Part shown: in pieces, positions 20,723-30,359 of the stretch | How the letters are laid out: each line of letters begins with the position of its first letter | How positions within the stretch are numbered: the stretch's first letter is position 1 | Assembly: GCA_965262725.1 (NCBI GenBank) | Contig: OZ253555.1 | Location: forward strand, 2,560,001 to 2,624,000 | Origin: Dehalococcoidia bacterium | GTDB lineage: Bacteria > Chloroflexota > Dehalococcoidia > UBA2979 | Direction of reading: 5' to 3' | DNA: 64,000 nucleotides | Made by a program: the position numbers and the translations under genes | The notes under the pieces: generated by a model | Told to the model about the DNA's origin: nothing | The model's input: the letters and a program-made list of their open reading frames with translations, nothing else | The model's database searches: none

Positions 20723-21929
20723 GGCAAGTCTGATCAGGTGGGTCTAGCGACCCAGTTTCGCCGCGATCAGGCGCTCTCAGGCGGATTCCCGATGACAGTG
20801 GTCATATCCGCCCCTCGCGGGCCCCTGTGGCTCCCCTCCTCGCCCCGTGTGGGGCGGGGAGGGCGCACTCCACCCACGGTCAGGCACGGTGCGGCTTCGC
20901 GGTGAGCAGGTTGTGGAACCCCAGCAAGACCGCACACCGCTCGTGGTTCTTGAAGAGACCCCGGTACCGCACCTTGGCGTAGCCGAAGCGCCGCTTCACC
21001 GTATAGAACGGGTGCTCCACCAGCGCCCGCGCCGATGCCTTCCGCTTCTCCTCGACGGCCTCAGGACTCTCCGGGTCGAGCGCACGCCGGAGGCCCGGGC
21101 GCATCGCCACGTTCCAGTCCTTGACCCTGGAGTCCGCGTTCTCGGGTCTCTTCTGCACGCCCCGGTACCCGGCGTCGCCGTAGACCTCGGCTTCCTCGCC
21201 GTGCAGCAGGCGGTGCGTCTCAGACACGTCCGACACGTTCGCAGGCGTGGTCGTGAAGTTGTGGACCAGTCCAGTATCCCTGTCGGCGCCGATGTGCAGC
21301 TTCATCCCGAAGAACCACTGTTTCCCCTTCTTGGTCTGATGCATCTCCGGGTCCCGCGCCCGCCCGCGATTCTTCGTCGACGATGGCGCCGAGATGATGG
21401 TCGCATCCACGATGCTGCCCTCGCTCAGCTTCAATCCCTTGCTCGTGAGGTGCTCGTTGATGAGTTGGAGGATCCTGCTACCCAGGGAGTGGCGCTCGAG
21501 CAGGTGCCGGAAGTTGAGGATCGTCGTCTCGTCGGGGATGGGCTCGGAGAGCGTGAGGAAGCAGAAGGCTCGCACCGACTCGGCCTCGTGGAGCAGATCC
21601 TCCATGCCGGGGTCGCTGAGGTTGTAGCAGAGTTGCACGGTATGGATGCGCAGCATCACGGAGAGCGGGTAGGGCCTCCGCCCGCGGCCCGGTTTCGGGT
21701 AGTGGGGCTCGATGGCTGCTTCGAACCTCTGCCACGGGACGAGGCCATCCAGCCGTTCGAGGAACTTCTGGCGGCGCGTCTTGTAGCCATCCCGCTCGAA
21801 CTCGACTCTCGCGAATGTCGGCTGATGCATGGCAGCGCTCCCCTTTCCCGGAGGAGTGCCATGATCGCATATAGTCATCGGAGTGTGCATGTGCTCCAGT
21901 AACGACGCGGCGACCTGTTCAGAGAACCC
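20723..21929 (-). mobile_element. IS5-family element, copy 2 (inverted relative to copy 1)
   Basis: Near-identical reverse complement of 18111..19318 (a few substitutions and one G indel); CTAG at 20719..20722 and 21930..21933. Confidence 0.92.
20880..21830 (-). CDS. IS5-family DDE transposase
   Basis: Same protein as 18210..19160 apart from two substitutions near the C-terminus. Confidence 0.93.
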   Translation of the reverse strand: MHQPTFARVEFERDGYKTRRQKFLERLDGLVPWQRFEAAIEPHYPKPGRGRRPYPLSVMLRIHTVQLCYNLSDPGMEDLLHEAESVRAFCFLTLSEPIPDETTILNFRHLLERHSLGSRILQLINEHLTSKGLKLSEGSIVDATIISAPSSTKNRGRARDPEMHQTKKGKQWFFGMKLHIGADRDTGLVHNFTTTPANVSDVSETHRLLHGEEAEVYGDAGYRGVQKRPENADSRVKDWNVAMRPGLRRALDPESPEAVEEKRKASARALVEHPFYTVKRRFGYAKVRYRGLFKNHERCAVLLGFHNLLTAKPHRA

Positions 21930-22116
21930 CTAGTGTCCCGAGTTGCAAATGCTGAAAACAATCGCACCGAGCCTCGCAGGCCTGGTCCGCTCAGTGGAGG
22001 CTTGGGTCGCAACTGGAAACGAGCACCGGAGGCGCTTCATCTGGCACAAGTCCGCGGACCAGATCCTTGACAACCTCACCGGATATCTCAATCGCATTTC
22101 CAATTCAGGACACTAG
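21930..22116 (+). mobile_element. IS630-derived MITE (~187 bp)
   Basis: Ends CTAGTGTCCCGAGTTGCAAATGC / GCATTTCCAATTCAGGACACTAG; internal remnant FIWHKSADQILDNLTGYLNRISNSGH. Confidence 0.85.
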
Positions 22117-22183
22117 GGCACTTCGAAGAATGACTATATCGTCGGCATGGTGAATGATATAGTCATTCTTCGAAGTGCCCTAG
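22113..22183. repeat. Perfect 28-bp inverted repeat with a 15-nt loop, bounded by CTAG
   Basis: CTAGGGCACTTCGAAGAATGACTATATC (22113..22140) / GATATAGTCATTCTTCGAAGTGCCCTAG (22156..22183). Confidence 0.95.
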
Positions 22184-22222
22184 GGCGTCTCGGCTCCGGG
22201 CCGCTGCTGGGAAGGCTTCGCG

Positions 22223-23146
22223 ATGTCTCAGTCCGATCCGCCCGATCCATCGATCCGTGACGACACTGGCTCTGCATGGCTCTCGCCGCGGAGGTGGCCT
22301 CCATGGCTGAGGCTCCCGTTGGTAGCAGCTGCGTGCATCTGGATCGTGACGTTTCCGTTTGCCTTCTCGCGCTCGTCTCGCGCCTCCTGGCTGCCGTGGG
22401 TCGGAGCAGTGACTGTGCTCATTCTGATGCTGGGGTTCGTCGGAAGTGGCAACACAAACCCAGATGAGTCAACCGGTGCATCAGCCACCTCGGCCAACTC
22501 CGCACCGATTACGACGCCATCGCCGCCGCCCGCGGTCGCGCCAGAGCGCGTGGCGATCGAACTACGCGAGTTACATTACATCGCATGGGAAGAACTGTTC
22601 CGGGGCGTGCGCGTTCATTTCGTAGCACGGATCGAAAACACGGGGAACGTACCTGCCGAAGTGCGTGACATCCGCTACGCGATGCGTGATTCAGGTGGCG
22701 CGCTGATCGAGGAAGGCGACGTCCCGCACTCGTTTCCTCAGAAGCTGGCGCCTGGTCAGATGGGCGTGATTGGACGGACAGTCACGGCCGACACCGCGAG
22801 GGGGCCGTGGGACGTAGACGATGTCGCCATCGCCTTCGACGTGCGGTCTGCCGAGAAGCCCGACAACCTGCTCACCATCGCTTCCGTGGATGCCCCCGAT
22901 CTGAGCGGTAGCGACGTCTTCGTCTCGGGTTCGGTGAGAAATACGGGTAGCAAGATGTATGACGATGTTCGGATCGCCGTCATCCTCATCGATGCCGGGG
23001 GCGCATCGGTCGGCTATAGCACGGCGGATCTCCCCGTAGATGAGCTTCCTCCCGGTGAGCTGGCTCGGTTCGCCACCGTGGCGGATCTTCCTGCGGAGCA
23101 ATTGCCGCAGATCGCAGCGGTCGAGGTCATCGCCTTCGACAGGTGA
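22223..23146 (+). CDS. Membrane-anchored protein with two FxLYD-like beta domains
   Basis: Two N-terminal hydrophobic segments, a Ser/Pro/Thr linker, then ...ENTG...Y.MRD..G.L and VSGSVRNTG...ILID.GG..VG repeats. Confidence 0.7.
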   Translation: MSQSDPPDPSIRDDTGSAWLSPRRWPPWLRLPLVAAACIWIVTFPFAFSRSSRASWLPWVGAVTVLILMLGFVGSGNTNPDESTGASATSANSAPITTPSPPPAVAPERVAIELRELHYIAWEELFRGVRVHFVARIENTGNVPAEVRDIRYAMRDSGGALIEEGDVPHSFPQKLAPGQMGVIGRTVTADTARGPWDVDDVAIAFDVRSAEKPDNLLTIASVDAPDLSGSDVFVSGSVRNTGSKMYDDVRIAVILIDAGGASVGYSTADLPVDELPPGELARFATVADLPAEQLPQIAAVEVIAFDR

Positions 23147-23415
23147 TGCCGGGCTGGCCCGTGCGTGCTCAGCGGGACTAGTGATGGCTCCCGCTGATCG
23201 AAGTGCGCGTCGGGACGCATGCGCTGGTGAGTCGACGATGCGAATGTCGACGCCAGCAGTCGTCGCGAAGCCGCCCACGAATCGTTGTCGTGGGAGTGGA
23301 TCATGGGTATGATCGACGATAGGAACCCGGTGCCGACGAAGCGAGGGCCGTTTAGAAAGCGGAAGGCTCAACAGAATATAGCCTCCCCTCACTTATCCAT
23401 GACAGCGGGGAGGCT

Positions 23416-24219
23416 GTGACAAACACCACGTCGCTCGAACGCTACAAGCACGACCTAGACAATCTGATCCGTACTGGCCGGACCCTGCAGCATGCATTTC
23501 AACATGAGTACAGGCAGGACCGGTTCACTGCACTCGCACATGAGCAACTAGGCGAAGGTGCACAGCGTTTTCTCGATGAGCTACCCTCATTCTCTCAGGA
23601 CTACCAACTTTGGTATTCGGAAGCTAAGGCGTTAGTCCGGCAGTTACTACCAGATCGCCTCGACGACTTCACGCGCTACTACGAGCGACCAAAGGTAGCC
23701 CGCAAGCAGATTACGTACTCGAATTATACTATCGAAGATGCTCTGTACGGGCTCACCGTCTCAGGGCATGGGCCAAGACCGGATGCGGCGCTTAACGCCT
23801 TTGATCAGCAGCTACAAATCGTCAGATCAATCGAATCGCGCTTTGAGAGCTCACTATTCGATATTCGCCAGTTGGCTCAAGCAGACGTGTTCGACTCTGA
23901 GTTAGAAGCGGCTAAAGAACTCGTGAAGAACAGGTTTCTCCGAGCGGCGGGAGTAGTCGCCGGAGTTGTCTTAGAGCGACACCTTAAGGAAGTGTGTGCT
24001 CGCCGCAACGTAACCATTCGCAAGCAACGTCCTCAAGTCTCGGACCTGAACAACAAGCTGAAGGACGCGGGGGTTATCGATACATCTCAGTGGCGATTCA
24101 ATCAGCACCTGAGTGGTTTGCGGAATCTGTGCGCCCATGACGGCGACCTAGAACCATCACTAGATCAAGTCAATGATCTCTTGGTGGGCGTGGCGAAGGT
24201 TACCAAGACCATCTCTTGA
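23416..24219 (+). CDS. Hypothetical protein with a C-terminal HEPN/DUF4145-like domain
   Basis: AAGVVAGVVLERHL helix and an RxxxxH motif (RNLCAH); visibly more AT-rich than its flanks. Confidence 0.68.
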   Translation: MTNTTSLERYKHDLDNLIRTGRTLQHAFQHEYRQDRFTALAHEQLGEGAQRFLDELPSFSQDYQLWYSEAKALVRQLLPDRLDDFTRYYERPKVARKQITYSNYTIEDALYGLTVSGHGPRPDAALNAFDQQLQIVRSIESRFESSLFDIRQLAQADVFDSELEAAKELVKNRFLRAAGVVAGVVLERHLKEVCARRNVTIRKQRPQVSDLNNKLKDAGVIDTSQWRFNQHLSGLRNLCAHDGDLEPSLDQVNDLLVGVAKVTKTIS

Positions 24220-24576
24220 GTTGGAGGAGCGTTTCCCCAAAGACAGTTCCTCAACTACAGTGCCAGACTATCCAGAAGTGAGTAGTGCACCCGGGGCTGC
24301 GCGAGAATCGAAACGAACCTGTGCTCGTGCCAAAGAGGATGCATCAGAGTTCTACATGGTGCTCGCGTTTGCCGGGACACCCCTCGCTAGGGCCAGGGTC
24401 GGCTCTCGGTACGTGACCGCGAACGTGGTGTGGTGGTCGCGGTTCCGCGGATCTGTTCCGGATCTCGACAACCTGGCCTATCCGGCAATCGCGACCGCCC
24501 TGATCGCCAACTCCTGCACGTGGACCTGCGCTCGTGCAGCTGCGGCGCTCAAGGCTCAAGACAGCTGAGCGACGGT

Positions 24577-25104
24577 CTAGCACCCTATCCGCTGAAAGTG
24601 CGGTGGGAGACCCCGCCCCCAGCACGACGCAAGGAGGGCATCTGTCCGAGCTATCAGCCTCTCGGCGTGTTCAGGCCTGGCCAACACAAAATAGACGCGC
24701 GGGGAGCGCCGTCTGTAGCGAAGTGCGGGCAGCTCGGCTTCGAGCCATGCCTGCCGCTTGGCCCGCGGAGTCTCCGCGAAGCTGAGCTCAAGGTTGAAGA
24801 ACGCCGTGCCGGTAGGCAGCGCGCTGCTCGCCTCCAGCCCTGAGATGGTTCGTGCGGTCGAGACCAGCTCCCGCATCGTCTCCCAGAGAGCTGGGTCACA
24901 CTGCTGGAGGAGCTGTTCCTCATACGGAGAGAAGATGTAGTCCGTGTGGCTCCCGTCGCCGGGACCCTCTCCCGAAGCCCCACCGCACCGGTACCAGAGC
25001 ACGCCGAGACGGAGTGCCTCGCCGTGCGGGTCGCGGGCACACAGAGCACGCAGCAACCCGTACTTTCCAAAGTCGCCGACATCTCCCACATATGCGTCCT
25101 GCAT
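24577..25104 (-). pseudogene. Conserved hypothetical protein (Y.GD.GD.GKYGLLR family), probably internally deleted
   Basis: Recognisable N-terminal motif MQDAYVGDVGDFGKYGLLRAL; abrupt junction near QAWLEAELPAL; lies next to an IS21 end. Confidence 0.5.
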
Positions 25105-25216
25105 CCAGACCGCCTCTCGGTGCTATCGTGTCGATCGCCAGGGTCATTGAGCCACGCGTCGCCACGGTCATTAGACCACCCGGGACGCCGGTAGGCGGCT
25201 TGATATCAGTGAGCGT

Positions 25217-25402
25217 CTAGTGTCCTGAATTGGAAATGCGATTGAGATATCCGGTGAGGTTGTCCAGGATCTGGTCGGTGGTCTTGTGCGAGATGAAGCG
25301 CATCCGGTGCTCGTTCCAGTTGCGACCCAAGCCTCCACTGAGCGGACCAAGCCTGCGAGGCTCGGTGCGATTGTTTTCAGCATTTGCAACTCGGGACACT
25401 AG
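25217..25402 (-). mobile_element. IS630-derived MITE, second copy (inside IS21-B)
   Basis: Reverse-complement homologue of 21930..22116, with CTAG at both ends. Confidence 0.85.
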
Positions 25403-25406
25403 CGCG

Positions 25407-26180
25407 TCAATCACCTCCCGTCTGCGCCTCGAGCAGGGCGCGGTGCGGCGAGAGCCGCTGGCGGTAGCTATCGCCCTCGATCACGATCTGGTAGCTGGCG
25501 TTCGCGAGCCGGTCGAGGGCGCTGTTGCCGAGGATCGGGTCGTCGAAGAGACCCAGCCATTCCTCCACGGCGCGGTTCGAGGTGATGACGAAGCTGGAGC
25601 TGCGGTGGCGCCCGATGACCAGCTCGTAGAGGTCGATGGACTGCTGCGCGCTGAGGCGATGGAGCCCGAGGTCGTCGAGGATGAGCAGGTCGGGCGCGAG
25701 GAAGCTTCGGAAGACCTTCTCGGCCGAGTGGTCGACGCGGGCCTGCGCCATCTCGCGGAAGTAGTGGTCGGCCGGGGCGAAGCGCACGCTGCGTCCGGAG
25801 CGGACGGCTGAGTAGCCGAGCGCTTGGGCTAAGAAGCTCTTGCCGACGCCGACGGGGCCGACGAGCAGGACGTGCTCGCGGCGATCGAGGAAGTGCAGCG
25901 AGAAGGCGGCGTCGAGCAGGCGGCGGTCGAGCCGGATGGCGGCCGCCCAGTCGAAGTCCTCGAGGCGGCAGAGCTGCTCGAAGCCGGCCTGGCGCAGGCG
26001 CAGCTCCAACCGCCCGTGGTCGCGGCGGCTCACCTCGTCGACGAGCAGGATCTGCAGGAAGTCCGCGTAGTCGAGGTGGTCGCGCCGCGCGAGGGCGATG
26101 CGCTCGGGCAACGTGTCGAGCATGCGGCCGAGCTTGAGGCGCTTGAGCAGCGGACGGAGGTCTGAGGTGGTGGCGGTCAT
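25407..26180 (-). CDS. istB: IS21 helper ATPase IstB (element B)
   Basis: GPVGVGKS, LLILDDLG, ITSNR and LDRL motifs. Confidence 0.92.
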   Translation of the reverse strand: MTATTSDLRPLLKRLKLGRMLDTLPERIALARRDHLDYADFLQILLVDEVSRRDHGRLELRLRQAGFEQLCRLEDFDWAAAIRLDRRLLDAAFSLHFLDRREHVLLVGPVGVGKSFLAQALGYSAVRSGRSVRFAPADHYFREMAQARVDHSAEKVFRSFLAPDLLILDDLGLHRLSAQQSIDLYELVIGRHRSSSFVITSNRAVEEWLGLFDDPILGNSALDRLANASYQIVIEGDSYRQRLSPHRALLEAQTGGD

Positions 26181-26419
26181 CGTGGTGCTCCTGTCGGGGT
26201 CTGCGTGCGGGACTGTGCGAAGACGGAGCCCGAGTGGGCGAAGCGCCCCGGAGGCGGCGGCAGCTCGGGCTGGTCTGGGGTGCTCTCCTGGTCGAGGGCG
26301 CGGACGAGGATGCGCTCGAGGCGGCGCACGTCGATGAGGTCGACCTCGAGCGCGCGGCGGCAGGCGGCATCGAGGCGGGCGGGGGAGTAGCGCTCGGCGA
26401 GGCGCAGCAGCTTGTGCCC
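26177..26419 (-). pseudogene. istA: IstA (element B), C-terminal fragment
   Basis: GHKLLRLAERYSPARLDAACRRAL..., stop overlaps the istB ATG. Confidence 0.8.
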
Positions 26420-27679
26420 CTAACAGGCTGCTGAAAAAGCCGCTGCGGTGGTGGCGAGAGGCGTCGGGCGGCGCTGAAGCCGCCCCGCGGCGGTGCGGTC
26501 GTTGCTCCTGAGCTGCCCTGCGGCTGTCTGCAGGGGCTGCAGACAGGCAGGAGGGCGCACTGCGCCTACGCCGGGTCGAGTTCGAGTTTGGCGATGCGGA
26601 CCAGGTTGTAGGCCGATGCGTTGAGCTCCAGCCAGAAGCGGTTGGCGGCGGCTCCCACGTAGCGGAGCTTGCGGCCTCCGCCCACGGTCTTGATCCAGCC
26701 GAAGACCTCTTCGACGCGCTTGCGCCGGCGCTGACTCAGCGCGTAGCCGTCGTGCCGCGTCGTGCGCCCGTCGATTGCCCCGTGACCCCAGCGGTGGTCG
26801 TTGACCGCCACGTGCGGGGTCACCCCGCGCGAGCGCAGCTGCGCCACGAAGTCACGCGTGTCGTAGCCGCGGTCTGCTCCCAGCGTGGCGCGGCCTGTGG
26901 TGCTGCGCTCCACCATCGCGACTGCCGCCTCGCGCTCGGCGCGTCCGTGCGCTTCGGTGAGTTCGACGTCCACCACCAGGCCGTGCCGGTTCTCCGTCAA
27001 CAGGTGACCCATGTAGCTGAGCGCCGCTTTCTGCCCCCGCCCCTTGCGGTAGAGCCGCGCTTCGGGGTCCGTGCTGCTGGCGTGGGTGTCGCTGCGCCGC
27101 TGCTGCCCCCGGAAATCGACCTCCGGGTTGCGCCCGCCCCCGGACGGCGGGTCCTGGTCGTCGCGCGGGCGGTAGCTCTTCAGTGACGCCCACGCCTCGA
27201 GCAGCGTCCCGTCGACGGTGAAGTGCTCGGCCGAGAGCAGCCTGCGCCGCCTCGCCTCGGCCACCACCTCGGCGAAGAAAGCGCGTGCGACGCTGGCCGC
27301 GAGCAGGCGCTCGCGGTTCTTGGAGAACGTGGTGGCGTTGAAGGGCTCGTCTGAGATGTTGAGGTCCAGGAACCACTTGAACAGCAGGTCGTAGCGCAGC
27401 CGCTCGCAGAACTGGCGCTCGCTGCGGATCGAGTAGAGCGCGATCAGCAGGCTCGCCTTGAGCAGATGCTCGGGCGGGATCGAGGGCCGCCCCTCCGTTG
27501 AGTACATCGTGTCGAACAGCGGCGAGAGCCGCCGCAGCGCGGCATCGACGATCTGGGAATGATGCTCTGAATTGGCCCCACCTGGAGCCGTTTTGATCCT
27601 TTGAATTGGCCCCACCCCCGACCCATCCAGGACCTACGCTCGGGTGACTGCATGACTCCCGGAGCGAGGGAAGAGGAGT

Positions 27680-29314
27680 GTGTCGAGAGTGGAGCTGTTC
27701 GAGTCTATCCGACGGATGGCGAGGGAGGAGGAGCTGTCGATCCATGAGCTGGGACGCCGGCATGGCGTGCACCGGCGCACGGTGCGGCAGGCTCTTGGGT
27801 CGGCGATACCCCCGGAACGCAAGCAGGCGACCCGCGTGGCCCCGAAGCTCGGGCCGTACGTCTCGGTCATCCGGGGCTGGCTCGTGGACGACCTCAGCGC
27901 GCCGCGCAAGCAGCGGCACACGGCCCGGCGCATCTGGGAGCGCCTCGTCGACGAACACGGGGCGACGGTGGCCGAGCCCACGGTCCGCGCCTGCGTCGCG
28001 CGCCTGCGTCGCGAGATCCAGGGCGGGCGCGCGGTTGTGACGATCCCGCAGGTCCATCCTCCCGGCGAGGAGGCGGAGGTCGACTTCGGCACGGTGACGG
28101 TGTGGCTGGAGGGCGTCGAGACCCGGCTGGCGATGTTCGTGATGCGGCTCTCGCATTCGGGGCGGGCGGCGCACGTCTGCTTCGTCGGCGAGGGCCAGGA
28201 GTCTCTGCTCGAGGGGCACGTGGTCGCCTTCGAGCGGCTCGGCGGAGTGCCGCGGCGCATCCGCTACGACAATCTGACGGCGGCCGTCACCACCGTGCTG
28301 CAGGGACGCGAGCGCCTGCAGACCGAGCGCTTCATCGCGCTCCGCTCGCATTACGGCTTCGACAGCTTCTTCTGTGAGCCCGGCATCGAGGGCGCGCACG
28401 AGAAGGGCGGTGTGGAGGGCGAGGTCGGCCGCTTCCGCCGGCGGCACTTCGTGCCGGTCCCGAAGGTGGCGACCCTCGGCGAGCTGAACGAACGAGTGCG
28501 GGAGGCGGACCGCACCGACGACGCCCGGCACATCGAGAGCCGCCTCGCCACCGTCGGCGAGATGGGAGAGAACGAGAAGGCCTCGCTGTGTCCGCTTCCG
28601 GCGGAGCGCTTCGACCCGTCAATCCCGCTGCGCGCGAAGGTCGACCGCAAGGCGCGCATCGCCGTGCGTAGCTCCCGCTACTCGGTCCCGGCGGCCTATG
28701 CAGGCCGGAAGCTGGACGTGCGGCTGTCCGGGAACAGCCTGACCGTGTGGGCCGAGGGGCGTGAAGTCGCCCACCACGAGCGCAGCGCCCGCACCGGAGC
28801 AGAGGTCCTGCTGCTCGACCACTATCTGGAGGTGCTCGCGCGCAAGCCCGGGGCGGTCCCGGGCTCGGTGGCGCTCCAGCAGGCGCGTGCGAAGGGACAC
28901 GTCACAGCCGAGCATCAGCGCTTCTGGGACCGCGCCCGCCGCAAGCTCGGCGACCGCGCGGGCACGCAGGCGTACATCGAGGTCCTGCTCCTGCATCGCC
29001 ATCTTCCCTTCACGGCGGGGCACGCCGCGCTCGGGACGGTCAACAGGATCCAGTCGGTGAACCCCGAACTGGTCGCCATCGAGGCGCGCCGTCTCGCCGA
29101 CCGCAGGCCACCAGACGCCGCCGTCGAGAGACCGCACCTGGAGCGCTACGACCGACCTGCCCCGCTCCTCGATGGCTACGATGCGCTGCTCTCGGGTGAT
29201 TCCCGATGGCCCGGCACGTCGCCGGGCGGGCGCTCCCGCGCTCCGCGGTCTGCCGAGAACGCGTCGCACACCACCACAACCGCCGTCACCGCTGCGGTGT
29301 CGACGGCACGCTGA
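27680..29314 (+). CDS. istA: IS21 transposase IstA
   Basis: N-terminal HTH; AEVDFG, RYDNL, EKGGVEGEV and YSVP motifs. Confidence 0.95.
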   Translation: MSRVELFESIRRMAREEELSIHELGRRHGVHRRTVRQALGSAIPPERKQATRVAPKLGPYVSVIRGWLVDDLSAPRKQRHTARRIWERLVDEHGATVAEPTVRACVARLRREIQGGRAVVTIPQVHPPGEEAEVDFGTVTVWLEGVETRLAMFVMRLSHSGRAAHVCFVGEGQESLLEGHVVAFERLGGVPRRIRYDNLTAAVTTVLQGRERLQTERFIALRSHYGFDSFFCEPGIEGAHEKGGVEGEVGRFRRRHFVPVPKVATLGELNERVREADRTDDARHIESRLATVGEMGENEKASLCPLPAERFDPSIPLRAKVDRKARIAVRSSRYSVPAAYAGRKLDVRLSGNSLTVWAEGREVAHHERSARTGAEVLLLDHYLEVLARKPGAVPGSVALQQARAKGHVTAEHQRFWDRARRKLGDRAGTQAYIEVLLLHRHLPFTAGHAALGTVNRIQSVNPELVAIEARRLADRRPPDAAVERPHLERYDRPAPLLDGYDALLSGDSRWPGTSPGGRSRAPRSAENASHTTTTAVTAAVSTAR

Positions 29315-29330
29315 CCACAGGAGGCACCCG

Positions 29331-30113
29331 ATGACAGCACCCCTCACCGACCAGGCCGCGGAGCTGACAATCGAGGCGATCTGCCGCGAGCTCCGTCTCC
29401 CCACCGTCAGGAAGCAGGCGCTCCCGCTCGCCGAAGCCGCGGTCCGAGACCGGATCACCCATCTGGGCTATCTCGCCGAAGTGCTGGGAGCCGAACGCGA
29501 TGACCGTGAGGAGCGGCGCCGTCAGCGCCGTATCGTCGAGGCGCGGTTCCCGCGTTTCAAGTACCTCGCCGACTTCGACCTCGAGGCGGCGCCGACAGTC
29601 GACGCGCCGGCGCTCGCCACGCTGGAGCGCTGCGACTGGGTCGAAAGGGGCGAGCCCGTCGTCCTGCTCGGTGACAGCGGCACCGGGAAGTCACACCTGC
29701 TCATCGGCCTCGGCATGGCCGCCTGCCACCTGGGGCTGCGCGTGCGGTACATGACCACGGCCGCCCTGGTGAATGAACTGGCCGAAGCGTCGGATGATCG
29801 CGCGCTCTCACGCCTCGTCGCCCGCTACGGCCGCCTCGACCTGCTCTGCCTGGATGAGTTCGGGTACGTCCACCTCGACCCGCGCGGTGCCGAAATGCTG
29901 TTCCAGATCCTGACCGAGCGCGAGGAACGGGCATCGGTCGCCGTCGCCTCCAACTCCCCGTTCTCCGAGTGGGGCCGCATCTTCACCGACCCTCGTCTCG
30001 CCGCGGCCGTCGTTGACCGCCTCACCTACCGTGCCCATATCATCGAGACCGGCACCGAGTCCTACCGGCTCCGGGCCTCGACCTCCCCGAGAGGAGGTGC
30101 CCCAACGACCTGA
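29331..30113 (+). CDS. istB: IS21 helper ATPase IstB
   Basis: Same protein as 292..1074. Confidence 0.93.
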   Translation: MTAPLTDQAAELTIEAICRELRLPTVRKQALPLAEAAVRDRITHLGYLAEVLGAERDDREERRRQRRIVEARFPRFKYLADFDLEAAPTVDAPALATLERCDWVERGEPVVLLGDSGTGKSHLLIGLGMAACHLGLRVRYMTTAALVNELAEASDDRALSRLVARYGRLDLLCLDEFGYVHLDPRGAEMLFQILTEREERASVAVASNSPFSEWGRIFTDPRLAAAVVDRLTYRAHIIETGTESYRLRASTSPRGGAPTT

Positions 30114-30359
30114 TCCCGGTCCCCGGGGGTGGGGCCAGATCAGAGGATCAAAGTGGGGCCAGATGTAAGCATCATTCCCAACGATCGGCTTGATGCGGCG
30201 AATCGGGTGGTCGTCCGGGATGAAGGAGTCCGGCGTCACCGCCAGCAGCATGTTCGTCTGACGCTCGGCGTCGCCTCGCATGGGGCAGCCTCCAGGCTAC
30301 GCCCCCGCCGCCAACTCCATCTTGCCAGACGATCAGGGGTTTTTCATCACCCTGCTAAT

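Larger units (their letters stand above)
27554..30180 (+). mobile_element. IS21-family element A, complete copy 2
   Basis: TGGGAATGATGC...GCATCATTCCCA ends; 6-bp target duplication ACGATC at 27548..27553 and 30181..30186. Confidence 0.95.
26566..30281 (-). pseudogene. IS5-family transposase split into 30281..30181 and 27553..26566
   Basis: MRGDAERQ...IPDDHPIRRIKPIV joins DAALRRLSPLFD..GRPSIPPE; TVDGT, GADRGYD and R.RVEEVFGW motifs. Confidence 0.9.
26424..30354 (-). mobile_element. Second IS5-family element, interrupted by IS21-A
   Basis: IRs CAGGCTGCTGAAAAA / CAGGGTGATGAAAAA; CTAA duplicated at 26420..26423 and 30355..30358. Confidence 0.88.

Noticed and set aside
24455-24495. Weak resemblance to the IS630 MITE interior (GACAACCT...AATCGC)
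   Set aside because: Short and gapped, with no terminal repeat or CTAG; likely chance
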